The notes beneath the pieces were generated by a model. The model was not told the origin of the DNA and did no database searches. It was given only the letters and a program-made list of their open reading frames with translations. The position numbers were made by a program, and so were the translations under genes. DNA of 64,000 bases from Nitrospira sp. GTDB lineage: Bacteria; Nitrospirota; Nitrospiria; Nitrospirales; Nitrospiraceae. Position 1 is the first letter of the stretch; each line of letters opens with the position of its first letter. Location: NCBI GenBank assembly GCA_047150005.1, contig AP038806.1, forward strand, positions 2,880,001 through 2,944,000. The letters are read 5' to 3'. Positions 31,410-39,872 of this stretch are shown here, piece by piece.

Positions 31410-32297
31410 ATGGCAGGCCAGGCGAAAGGAAATCCGTGGTTGATTTCGGGATTTGCATTGGTCATTTTCCTGCTGGCCTGGCATTTCTTCACACTGCGGG
31501 CGACGTTTGACTCCAGAGGGATGACGGAAGCACAACTCCAGCTCATGGAGTTCAACGGCGACATCGTGCGATTACCGGACGGAGCCTATTCCTGGAATCC
31601 GGAGAAGGAAAAGGTGAAGGGCATTCCCGGCCCCTTGGCGGTTCTTGAAAAGGCGCGCACCGAGCTGGCCGAAGCCTTTGTGAAGAAGGGCACGAACGAT
31701 CACGGAATCGCCTATCTGGTGCTGTATACCGTCTCGCGTTTTGCGGCAGGATTTCTGGCCGCTTCTGTGGTCGCCATCATGCTCGGCGTCATTCTGGGAC
31801 TCAACAGGGTCCTCTTCAGGGCGGCGAATCCATTCATTCAAATTCTGAAGCCGATCTCCCCCCTGGCTTGGATGCCGCTCTTGCTCTACACCGTCAAAGA
31901 TCCGAAATGGACCGCCATGCTGGTCGTCTTCATGGCCGCCGTGTGGCCCACGCTCGCGACGACGGCCTTCGGGGTCAGCTCGTTGAAGAAGGAATACCTT
32001 CACGTCGCGTCGATCGTGCAGCTGTCGTGGTTCAAACGCTTGTTCAAGGTGATTTTGCCTGGTGCCGCACCCACCATTGTCAACGGATTGCGTATTTCGT
32101 TCGGAAGCGCGCTGGTTGCGGTCGTGCCGGCGGAGATGCTGCTCGGAGAACTGGGCGTCGGCTATTTGAGCTGGATCGAGTGGAACAACCTCGATATCGC
32201 CGGCGTCATCTTCGCCATTCTCGTGGTCGGTGTGGTCGGCGTCGTTCTCGATTCCGGCTTCAACAAGCTGGCCGGGCTGGTCACCTATCAGGAGTAA
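31410..32297 (+). CDS. cynB: Cyanate/nitrate ABC permease
   Basis: QILKPISPLAWMP, ILPGA.P.IV.GLRIS, AEML. Confidence 0.8.
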   Translation: MAGQAKGNPWLISGFALVIFLLAWHFFTLRATFDSRGMTEAQLQLMEFNGDIVRLPDGAYSWNPEKEKVKGIPGPLAVLEKARTELAEAFVKKGTNDHGIAYLVLYTVSRFAAGFLAASVVAIMLGVILGLNRVLFRAANPFIQILKPISPLAWMPLLLYTVKDPKWTAMLVVFMAAVWPTLATTAFGVSSLKKEYLHVASIVQLSWFKRLFKVILPGAAPTIVNGLRISFGSALVAVVPAEMLLGELGVGYLSWIEWNNLDIAGVIFAILVVGVVGVVLDSGFNKLAGLVTYQE

Positions 32298-32300
32298 GCC

Positions 32301-33170
32301 ATGTCATTTCTGCAGGTCGACCATGTCAGTAAATTTTTCCCGGACCCGTCGGGCAACGGCGAAGTCTGCATCTTCAGAGACGCCACGATCAAGATCGACA
32401 AGGGGGAATTCGTCACGGTCATCGGGCATTCCGGATGTGGAAAGAGCACTCTGTTGAACATCATCGCCGGGCTGGAAACTCCGTCGGAGGGAGGCATCAC
32501 CCTCAACGGTCGGGAGACGAGCGGCCCCGGCCTAGACCGAATGGTGGTGTTCCAGAACTTCGCCCTCATGCCCTGGATGACGGTGTTTGAGAACATCGCC
32601 CTGGCGGTTCGGTCCGCCTATCCGGATTGGAACCACGGGCAGGTGACGGCCCATGTCAACAAGTATATTGCCTTGGTCGGCCTCAAGGGGGCGGAGAGCA
32701 AACGGCCTGTCGCATTATCGGGGGGCATGAAGCAGCGAGTCGGCCTTGCCCGGGCTTTTTCCATTGAACCGAAGGTATTGCTCCTCGACGAACCGTTTGC
32801 GCAAATCGACGCTCTCACAAGAGGCGTCATACAAGAAGAGCTGATCCAGATGTGGAACACTTCGCGCAATACGGTGTTCATGGTGACCCATGACGTCGAT
32901 GAGGCCATTCTGTTGTCCGACCGGATTCTCCTGATGACGAACGGGCCGGAGGCGCGAATCGCCGAAATGGTGCATGTATCAATCCCGCGGCCCCGGTCGC
33001 GGGAAACGATCATCGACCATCCCCACTATTACAAGATCAGAAACCATATCATCCACTTCTTGGTGCGCCATGCGAAGCACGGAGGTCACGACGGTGCGGG
33101 GGAGCAGCGTCCCGAGTCGGGAGATCCCGTGGTCGTGAACTTTGAAGGAGAAACGATGGCGGCCGGTTGA
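32301..33170 (+). CDS. cynD: Cyanate/nitrate ABC ATPase
   Basis: GHSGCGKST, LSGGMKQRVG.ARA, THDVDEA, MTNGP (NrtC/D type). Confidence 0.82.
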   Translation: MSFLQVDHVSKFFPDPSGNGEVCIFRDATIKIDKGEFVTVIGHSGCGKSTLLNIIAGLETPSEGGITLNGRETSGPGLDRMVVFQNFALMPWMTVFENIALAVRSAYPDWNHGQVTAHVNKYIALVGLKGAESKRPVALSGGMKQRVGLARAFSIEPKVLLLDEPFAQIDALTRGVIQEELIQMWNTSRNTVFMVTHDVDEAILLSDRILLMTNGPEARIAEMVHVSIPRPRSRETIIDHPHYYKIRNHIIHFLVRHAKHGGHDGAGEQRPESGDPVVVNFEGETMAAG

Positions 33171-33220
33171 AGCCTCGGAACCAGGAGAGGGGCATCACAT
33201 CGCTCAAGGAGGAGTGTCAC

Positions 33221-33661
33221 ATGGAAAAGGAATCCGTGCGCAAGGCGATTAAGGCCAAACGACTGGCCAAGAAACTCACGATTGCCGACATCGCGAACAC
33301 GATCGGTAGGAATCCCACGTTCGTCGCAGCCGTGCTGCAGGGCAATCACAAGCTGCCGGCCGATGAGGGAAAGAAGGTCGGAGAATTGTTGGGGCTCGAC
33401 GCAGATCTGACCGCTTCGTTGAGCAAGTTTCCCGTTCGTACGGATTATCCGAACGCGAGCGATCCGTTTAAGTATCGCTTGATGGAAATCATCGGCGTCT
33501 ACGGCGATTCGATGCGGGAGCAGGCCAACGAGATGTTCGGTGACGGCATCATGAGCGCCATCGATTTCACGCTCGATATGGAAAAAGTGACCGGCAGTCA
33601 GGGTGAAGCCCGTTGCAAGATCACGTTGAACGGCAAGTGGCTGGAGTATAAGACGTTCTAG
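33221..33661 (+). CDS. cynS: Cyanate hydratase (cyanase)
   Basis: N-terminal HTH-like region, DPF.YRL.E, EMFGDGIMSAIDF, L.GKWL.Y. Confidence 0.95.
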   Translation: MEKESVRKAIKAKRLAKKLTIADIANTIGRNPTFVAAVLQGNHKLPADEGKKVGELLGLDADLTASLSKFPVRTDYPNASDPFKYRLMEIIGVYGDSMREQANEMFGDGIMSAIDFTLDMEKVTGSQGEARCKITLNGKWLEYKTF

Positions 33662-33880
33662 TTCGAAGGACTGGAGTGCGGGAGTGCGAAGGATGTAGAT
33701 GGTGAGCAATCGATCAGTGAAGTCGCTCGGCCGTCTTGGACAGGAAGCCTGGCATGACGATGGAATTGTAGGGAGTTTCCGGCTGGTGCATTGTTGCGAT
33801 TCTTGCTAGAAGGAGTGACTACCGCGGAGAGCGAGATCTGTAACGGAGACCAAGTTTAAGTCACCCAAATTGCGTATGGT

Positions 33881-33972
33881 GGGACACAACGGCGTGTTCC
33901 CTTCAGCGCGAGGGTGAGTCGGTCGATGGACAAAGGCGTCCGTCATTTCATCCGGAATGACGGACGCCTTTT
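33881..33972 (+). promoter_or_regulatory. ANTAR-type dual-hexaloop leader with terminator (amt-Rieske-octaheme unit)
   Basis: GGGACAC-AACGGC-GTGTTCC, 25 nt, ATGGAC-AAAGGC-GTCCGT. Terminator AAAGGCGTCCGTCATT...AATGACGGACGCCTTTT. Confidence 0.8.
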
Positions 33973-34020
33973 GTGTTTGGTGGACCCGGTGCACCGGTCA
34001 TCGAGGGAAGGGAGAGATCG

Positions 34021-35361
34021 ATGGGGGAACCAATCGATGCGGAATCACGAATGCCATGTGGAACAGCGCTTGGCGCAGCGTTCCTGCTTCTCATCGCGCC
34101 GGAATGGAGCGAAGCGCAAACCGTTTCGACGACGGCCACGACGATCAGCGGAGCGGATACGGCGTGGGTCCTGATCTCAGCCGCGCTGGTCCTGGCGATG
34201 ATCGTGCCGGGTCTGGCGTTGTTCTACGGCGGGTTGGTTCGCAGCAAGAACGTGCTGGGCACGATCATGCAAAGCTTCGCCATCCTGTGCGCGGTCAGCC
34301 TGTTGTGGGTCATCGTCGGATACAGTCTGGCGTTCGGCCCCGATGTGAAGGGCGTGATCGGCGGGTTCGACTGGCTCGGTCTGGCCGGGGTCGGACTGAC
34401 TCCCCACGCCGTCTACGGTCCCACGGTCCCGCATCAGGCGTTCATGGTCTTTCAACTGATGTTTGCGGCGATCACCCCGGCCCTGATCACCGGTGCGTTT
34501 GCCGAACGGATGAAGTTCAGCGCAGTCCTGCTCTTCTCCCTGTTCTGGTCCCTGGGCGTCTATTGTCCGATCGCCCATTGGTTGTGGGGCGGCGGTTGGT
34601 TGGCGCAGTTGGGCGCATTGGATTTCGCCGGCGGCGCGGTGGTGCACATCAGCTCGGGCGTCAGCGCGCTGGTCTGCGCCCTGGTGCTGGGAGCCCGCCA
34701 CGGGTACGGTACGGATTACATGGCGCCGCATAACCTGCCGCTGGTGCTGCTGGGGACCGGTTTCTTATGGTTCGGCTGGTTTGGATTCAATGCCGGGAGT
34801 GCCTTGGGGGCGAATGACACGGCCGTGGTGGCGTTCGTGGCGACCCACACGGCGGCCGTGACGGGGGCGCTGACCTGGACGGCGGTCGAATGGTGGCACC
34901 GCGGCACGCCGACCGTGCTTGGCCTCGCGAGCGGGGCGATTGCCGGCTTGGCGATGGTGACGCCGGGCGCGGGATACGTGAGCCCGTTGTCTGCCCTGCT
35001 GATGGGCCTGGCGGCCGGGAGCTTGTCCTACCTCGCGATCATGACGAAGGGACGGTGGGGCTATGACGACTCGCTGGACGTGGTGGGCATTCACGGCGTC
35101 TCCGGCGTGGTCGGCATACTCCTGACGGGCCTGTTGGCTTCCAAGGCCGTGAATCCGGCCGGGCCCGACGGGCTGGTAGTCGGCAACGCGGCGTTCTTTG
35201 CCGCTCAAACATTGACGGCGGCGGTCGTGGGGCTGTTCTCTGCGGCCGGCACGTGGGCCGTGCTGAAGGCGGTGGATCGAGTCGTCGGGCTGCGCGTCCA
35301 ACCGGACGAGGAACGCATGGGGTTGGATCTGAGTCAACACAACGAACGGGCCTATTCATGA
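34021..35361 (+). CDS. amtB: Ammonium transporter (second AmtB)
   Basis: FQLMFA, DFAGGAVVH, WFGWFGFNAGS, YDDSLDVVGIHG. Confidence 0.95.
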   Translation: MGEPIDAESRMPCGTALGAAFLLLIAPEWSEAQTVSTTATTISGADTAWVLISAALVLAMIVPGLALFYGGLVRSKNVLGTIMQSFAILCAVSLLWVIVGYSLAFGPDVKGVIGGFDWLGLAGVGLTPHAVYGPTVPHQAFMVFQLMFAAITPALITGAFAERMKFSAVLLFSLFWSLGVYCPIAHWLWGGGWLAQLGALDFAGGAVVHISSGVSALVCALVLGARHGYGTDYMAPHNLPLVLLGTGFLWFGWFGFNAGSALGANDTAVVAFVATHTAAVTGALTWTAVEWWHRGTPTVLGLASGAIAGLAMVTPGAGYVSPLSALLMGLAAGSLSYLAIMTKGRWGYDDSLDVVGIHGVSGVVGILLTGLLASKAVNPAGPDGLVVGNAAFFAAQTLTAAVVGLFSAAGTWAVLKAVDRVVGLRVQPDEERMGLDLSQHNERAYS

Positions 35362-35380
35362 GGCTGAGAAAGGAGGGGCC

Positions 35381-35611
35381 ATGACCGTCATGCACGAAGA
35401 AAGACTCGACGCGACCATCTGTGAAAAACGTCTCATGGACATACTGTGTGAGAAGGGTCCGCAGACGCTCGACCGTCTGTGCTCCCTTCCGGATCTGAGC
35501 TGGTCGCAGGTGCTCCTAGCCGTCGATCATCTGAGCCGGACCTGCGAGGTGAATCTGGAGTTGATGGCCACGCGCGAGTATCTGGTTTCGCTGGCGGAGC
35601 GGCCGCAGTGA
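35381..35611 (+). CDS. Small winged-helix-like hypothetical protein
   Basis: AGGAGG RBS, 76 aa, helix-turn-helix-wing pattern. Stop overlaps the next ATG. Confidence 0.65.
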   Translation: MTVMHEERLDATICEKRLMDILCEKGPQTLDRLCSLPDLSWSQVLLAVDHLSRTCEVNLELMATREYLVSLAERPQ

Positions 35612-36777
35612 TGTCACAGGCCGTGCACACCTTGTGGCTGTTGATCTCGGCGACGCTGCTGATTCTGACCGTTACCGGCATCGCCCTGTTCTATGGGGGC
35701 ATGGTGCGGAAGAAGAACGTGATGAATACCATTGCCCTGCCGTTTGCCGCGCTCGCGCTCGCCTCGATCGAATGGGCGCTGGTGACGAACGTCACAGGGT
35801 TGGGACGGGAGATGGAAGCGCCGATTGGCCAGGCTGCGATCGGTCCGTTGTGGTCGTCCTACCACGGGATCATGGCGGCGATTGCCTTGGCGTTGGTCGC
35901 CGGCGGCATCGTCGAGCGGCTCCGCTTCTCCTTCTTTCTCCTCTTCGGACTCTGTTGGATCGGGGTGGTCTATGTGCCCTTGGCGCGCTGGATTTGGGGA
36001 AACGGCTGGTTGGCCGCGTTGGGCTGCCTCGATTTCGCCGGCGGGGCCGTCATTCACATCAGCGCGGGCGTCAGCGCGCTCGTCCTGGCCGTGGTGATCG
36101 GGCCGCGCAAGGGATACGGACGAGTCGACATCATGCCCAATCACTTGCCCCTTTCCCTCTGCGGCGCGGGGCTCATGTGGGTCGGCTGGTTCGGCTTCAC
36201 CGGCGCGTCGGTGTCGGCGTCGATGACCACGGTGACGGGGGCCTTCGTGGCCATTCATCTCTCGGCCGTCGCCGCGGCCCTCTCGTGGGCCTCGGCGGAG
36301 TGGCTCCAACGCGACAAGCCCACGGCCTTGGGGGCTGTCAGCGGGGCCGTGGCCGGATTGGTCGCGATCGCGCCGGCGGCCGCCTACGTCAGCCCGGCGT
36401 CCGCGTTGGTGATCGGCGTCGGGGCCGGGAGTCTCTGCTACATGGTCGTGAATTACGTGAAGCTCATTTTGGGTTATGACGACTCGCTGGACGTCTTCGG
36501 GATGCACGGCGTTGCGGGAACCTGGGGCATGATCGCGACCGGGCTGTTTGCCTCGACCGAGGTCAACGCCGCCGGAAGCGACGGGCTATTCTTCGGCTAC
36601 CCCTATCAATTCTTCGTCCAGGTCGTTGCAATCTGTGCCACCTGGACGCTGGCCGGCGGCGGGAGCTGGCTCTTGTTGAAGGGACTCATGCTGCTCGTTG
36701 CGCCCCGCGTGGACGACGAGGCGGAGACGATGGGATTGGACCTCCACCAACATGGAGAGAAAGGCTATACAGGGTAA
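35611..36777 (+). CDS. Divergent Amt-family protein (third copy)
   Basis: LFYGGMVRKKN, DFAGGAVIH, YDDSLDVFGMHG present. FQ..F and GFN motifs altered. Confidence 0.88.
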   Translation: MSQAVHTLWLLISATLLILTVTGIALFYGGMVRKKNVMNTIALPFAALALASIEWALVTNVTGLGREMEAPIGQAAIGPLWSSYHGIMAAIALALVAGGIVERLRFSFFLLFGLCWIGVVYVPLARWIWGNGWLAALGCLDFAGGAVIHISAGVSALVLAVVIGPRKGYGRVDIMPNHLPLSLCGAGLMWVGWFGFTGASVSASMTTVTGAFVAIHLSAVAAALSWASAEWLQRDKPTALGAVSGAVAGLVAIAPAAAYVSPASALVIGVGAGSLCYMVVNYVKLILGYDDSLDVFGMHGVAGTWGMIATGLFASTEVNAAGSDGLFFGYPYQFFVQVVAICATWTLAGGGSWLLLKGLMLLVAPRVDDEAETMGLDLHQHGEKGYTG

Positions 36778-36780
36778 GCG

Positions 36781-37227
36781 ATGGCGATCATTCACGACGA
36801 CGTCGGCCGCCGCCGGTTTCTCAGCCAGGCGGTGATGGGATTCGGGATCTTGTTCGGGATGGGCACGCTCGGTCTGCGGTTTCTCCAGTTTCTGTTGCCG
36901 AACGGAGCCCCGCGGCAACCGGAGACGGTGCTGATCGGGGCGGAGTCCCGCATCCCATTGGGCGAAGCGGTCCCCATGGACCTCGGCGGCCAGAAGATCC
37001 TGGTGCTTCGGACGGAAGACGGCGTCGCCGCCTTTTCCCGACGCTGCACCGATCTGGGCTGTCTCGTGTCCTGGAACCGCGAGCGGGGACAGTTCATCTG
37101 CCCGTGTCATCAAGGGACCTTCGACAAGACCGGACTCAACGTCAGCGGACCCCCGCCGCGTCCGCTTGATCGGCTCGACATCGTCAAGCGCGGCGACCAA
37201 CTGTACGTGAATGTGAAGAGCGTATGA
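36781..37227 (+). CDS. Rieske-type [2Fe-2S] protein with Tat signal (atypical CTDLGC box)
   Basis: RRRFL plus TM helix, CTDLGC, CPCHQG, GPPPRPL. Confidence 0.88.
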   Translation: MAIIHDDVGRRRFLSQAVMGFGILFGMGTLGLRFLQFLLPNGAPRQPETVLIGAESRIPLGEAVPMDLGGQKILVLRTEDGVAAFSRRCTDLGCLVSWNRERGQFICPCHQGTFDKTGLNVSGPPPRPLDRLDIVKRGDQLYVNVKSV

Positions 37228-37232
37228 AATGA

Positions 37233-37326
37233 GAGCGTTGAGTACTGTGTGCTGAGTGCTGAGTTTGACGTTGAGGGGGCGCGGTCACCCCGCCACTCAG
37301 GACCCAGCACACAGCACTCAGCACTC
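37233..37326. repeat. Inverted array of heptamer repeats (TGCTGAG / CTCAGCA) forming a long hairpin
   Basis: GAGCGTTGAGTACTGTGTGCTGAGTGCTGAGT pairs with ACTCAGGACCCAGCACACAGCACTCAGCACTC. Confidence 0.7.
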
Positions 37327-37344
37327 CAGAAAAGCAGGAGACAA

Positions 37345-38367
37345 ATGGAAACTGACGCATTGTCGAGTACAGGGGCAGCGAAGCAGAAATCGTTGGTGGA
37401 CTACATCCAGAAGGATCTGCCGGAACATCTGGAATGGTGGCCGTATACCTTGGGTGCGATTCCGCTGACGCTGTTCGGGATTCTGGTGACCACCGGACTG
37501 TTACTGACGTTCTACTATGTGCCGGCTTCCGACCAAGCATACGAGAGCGTCGATCAGATTACCCATGAGATCTATCTGGGTTGGTTCGTCCGAGGCCTCC
37601 ACAAGACGTCCGTGGACCTCATGATTCTGTTTTTGCTCTTCCACGTGATTCGAGTGTTCATGACCAGGGCCTATCAGGCCGGTGGAGAGCTGAAGTGGGT
37701 GAGCGGCTCGATCGTGTTGTTCGTCACCTTCGCGATGGGCTTCACCGGCTATTCACTGGTCTACGACAACGTGTCCTATTGGGGGATGACGGTCGTGACC
37801 AACATGGTCGGGACGCTGCCGATCATCGGCAGACCTCTGCTGCATCTGCTGCGCGGCGGCGAGGAAGTATCCGGGGTGACGCTTCTCCGGCTGTACGATC
37901 TGCATACCAAATTGCTGCCGGTGTTGCTCGGAGGACTGGCGCTCGGACACGTGGTGACGGTGCGACTGCTGGGCTTCACGACGGTGGCGGGAAGCCGGGA
38001 GTATCACCAGTTCTATCCCGAGCATACGATGAAGATGGGGGCCGTCGCCGTGGGGCTGTTCCTGTTCATGGTGGATCTGGTCATGATCTTTCCTCCGGTG
38101 CTCGGCCCGCCGGCTGATTTCCAGGAGGTGGCATCCGACGTCTCACCTCCCTGGTATTTTTCCGCTCCGTTCATGTGGATCACGTTGTTGCCTGGTCCCG
38201 TGGCGATCTGGAGCTTGATGGGATTCGCCGGTCTCTTTGTCGCGTATCCCTTCATCGACCGGGCGTTGACGGAGCGCGGATGGCCGATGGAACCGATCAA
38301 CGCCATTGTTGGCGCCATTGTCGTCGGCGCGGTGGCCGTCTTGATGTATCTGGATACACAAATGTAG
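37345..38367 (+). CDS. Cytochrome b (bc/b6f-type, fused subunit-IV region)
   Basis: Four heme His (RGLH..FH; YDLH..GH), FTGYSL, SYWG, PPWYF. Confidence 0.9.
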   Translation: METDALSSTGAAKQKSLVDYIQKDLPEHLEWWPYTLGAIPLTLFGILVTTGLLLTFYYVPASDQAYESVDQITHEIYLGWFVRGLHKTSVDLMILFLLFHVIRVFMTRAYQAGGELKWVSGSIVLFVTFAMGFTGYSLVYDNVSYWGMTVVTNMVGTLPIIGRPLLHLLRGGEEVSGVTLLRLYDLHTKLLPVLLGGLALGHVVTVRLLGFTTVAGSREYHQFYPEHTMKMGAVAVGLFLFMVDLVMIFPPVLGPPADFQEVASDVSPPWYFSAPFMWITLLPGPVAIWSLMGFAGLFVAYPFIDRALTERGWPMEPINAIVGAIVVGAVAVLMYLDTQM

Positions 38368-38426
38368 CGGGAGTGGGGCAATGGGCGAGCGGCTAGAGGC
38401 CGCAGTTTCGTAGGGAGGAAGCAATA

Positions 38427-39848
38427 ATGGACGAACCCAATACAGAACGATCGGATCATGAGGAAGATGCTCGCTCGAGCAACGGCAAAAAGAATTTCAC
38501 CCGCTACATGATCGGCGGGCTCTGCCTGATTCTCTTCCTCGCCTTGACGGGAGTGGGATACGTCCAGGTCGAAGAACGGCGCGGCGGAGGCCTGCGGCCG
38601 TTCGTCTCGGCGGAGAACAAAAAATGCATCGACTGCCATATGGCCAAGGACGTAGGAGTCGGCGGGATCAACGATTGGAAAGTGAGTCGCCACGCTCCGA
38701 AAGGCATCGGCTGTGTCGAATGCCACCGTGCGGAGAAGGGAGATGCGGACGCCTACGACCATGAGGGATTTCTAGTGTCCACACTCGTCACGCCGAAAGA
38801 TTGCATGCGTTGTCATGACAAGGAAGCGCAACAGTTCGGCAAGTCTCATCATGCGAAGGCGGCGCAGTTCACCGGCTCCCTCGACAATTTCCTCGGCAAC
38901 GTCGTCGAGGGGCCGGAGGTCGTGACCACCGGATGCGCCGGTTGTCACGGGAGCGTGGTGAAGGTGATGGAAAAAGGAAAGCTCCATCCGGCGACCTGGC
39001 CGAATTCCGGGATAGGGCGGGTCAACCCGGACGGATCCAAAGGGACCTGCTCGGCCTGTCACGCGCGTCACAGTTTCTCCATAGAACAGGCGAGGCAACC
39101 GGAGAGCTGCGGGCGCTGCCACATGGGTCCTGACCATCCCCAGATCGAAGCATACTTGGAGAGCAAGCACGGGGTCATGTTCACGGCGAATAAAGAAAAA
39201 ATGAAGCTTGCCAATCCGTCGGAGAAGTGGCATCCGGGAAAAGACTATCTCTATCCGACCTGCGCGACGTGCCACATGAGCGCGACCGGAACTCAGGAAG
39301 TGACGCACGACGTCGGCGACCGCATCAGCTGGACTCTCCGGCCGGTCATCTCGACCAGGCTGGAGAATTACGAAGACAGGCGGAAGGCCATGAAGCAGGT
39401 CTGTTCATCCTGTCATAGCGAGCAGATTGTGGACCGGTTCTTCACGACGATGGATCAAGGGATCAATCTCTATAACGACAAGTTCGGCAAACCGGCCAAG
39501 GGAGCCATGGACAGGCTGTTGCAGTTGAAGAAGATCACGCCGACCCCCTATGACGAGAAGATCGAGTGGGTCTTCTACGAACTCTGGCACCACGAGGGGC
39601 GGCGAGCCAGGCACGGGCTCTCCAAGGTGGCGCCTGACTACGTGCACTGGCAGGGCTTCTATGAAGTCGCCAAGAGCTTCTACACCAAGTTTCTGCCGAT
39701 GGTGCGTGAGCTGTCGCCGGACGTGGCGGCGGAGATGCTGCGCAGCGACGGCCACAAATGGATCGAGAAGGGCATGACCAAGGAGGAGATTGCTCAGATG
39801 CTGGAGTTTTACGACAAGGAGATGCAGGGCAAGCGCGGTGGAGGGTGA
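38427..39848 (+). CDS. Membrane-anchored octaheme cytochrome c, HAO-like (putative nitrite/hydroxylamine-to-ammonium reductase)
   Basis: Eight CXXCH motifs (CIDCH, CVECH, CMRCH, CAGCH, CSACH, CGRCH, CATCH, CSSCH), CHMGPDHPQ.E.Y..SKHG, N-terminal TM. Confidence 0.85.
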   Translation: MDEPNTERSDHEEDARSSNGKKNFTRYMIGGLCLILFLALTGVGYVQVEERRGGGLRPFVSAENKKCIDCHMAKDVGVGGINDWKVSRHAPKGIGCVECHRAEKGDADAYDHEGFLVSTLVTPKDCMRCHDKEAQQFGKSHHAKAAQFTGSLDNFLGNVVEGPEVVTTGCAGCHGSVVKVMEKGKLHPATWPNSGIGRVNPDGSKGTCSACHARHSFSIEQARQPESCGRCHMGPDHPQIEAYLESKHGVMFTANKEKMKLANPSEKWHPGKDYLYPTCATCHMSATGTQEVTHDVGDRISWTLRPVISTRLENYEDRRKAMKQVCSSCHSEQIVDRFFTTMDQGINLYNDKFGKPAKGAMDRLLQLKKITPTPYDEKIEWVFYELWHHEGRRARHGLSKVAPDYVHWQGFYEVAKSFYTKFLPMVRELSPDVAAEMLRSDGHKWIEKGMTKEEIAQMLEFYDKEMQGKRGGG

Positions 39849-39872
39849 GGGGCCAAGGGCCGATTCGTAGAC

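Noticed and set aside
33783..33797. Possible sigma54 promoter TGGTGC..TTGC before amt2
   Set aside because: GG-GC spacing is 9 rather than the required 10.
38427..39848. Calling the octaheme nrfA/ONR or ammonia-oxidiser haoA
   Set aside because: No CXXCK, no apparent cross-link Tyr, no haoB/cycAB context.
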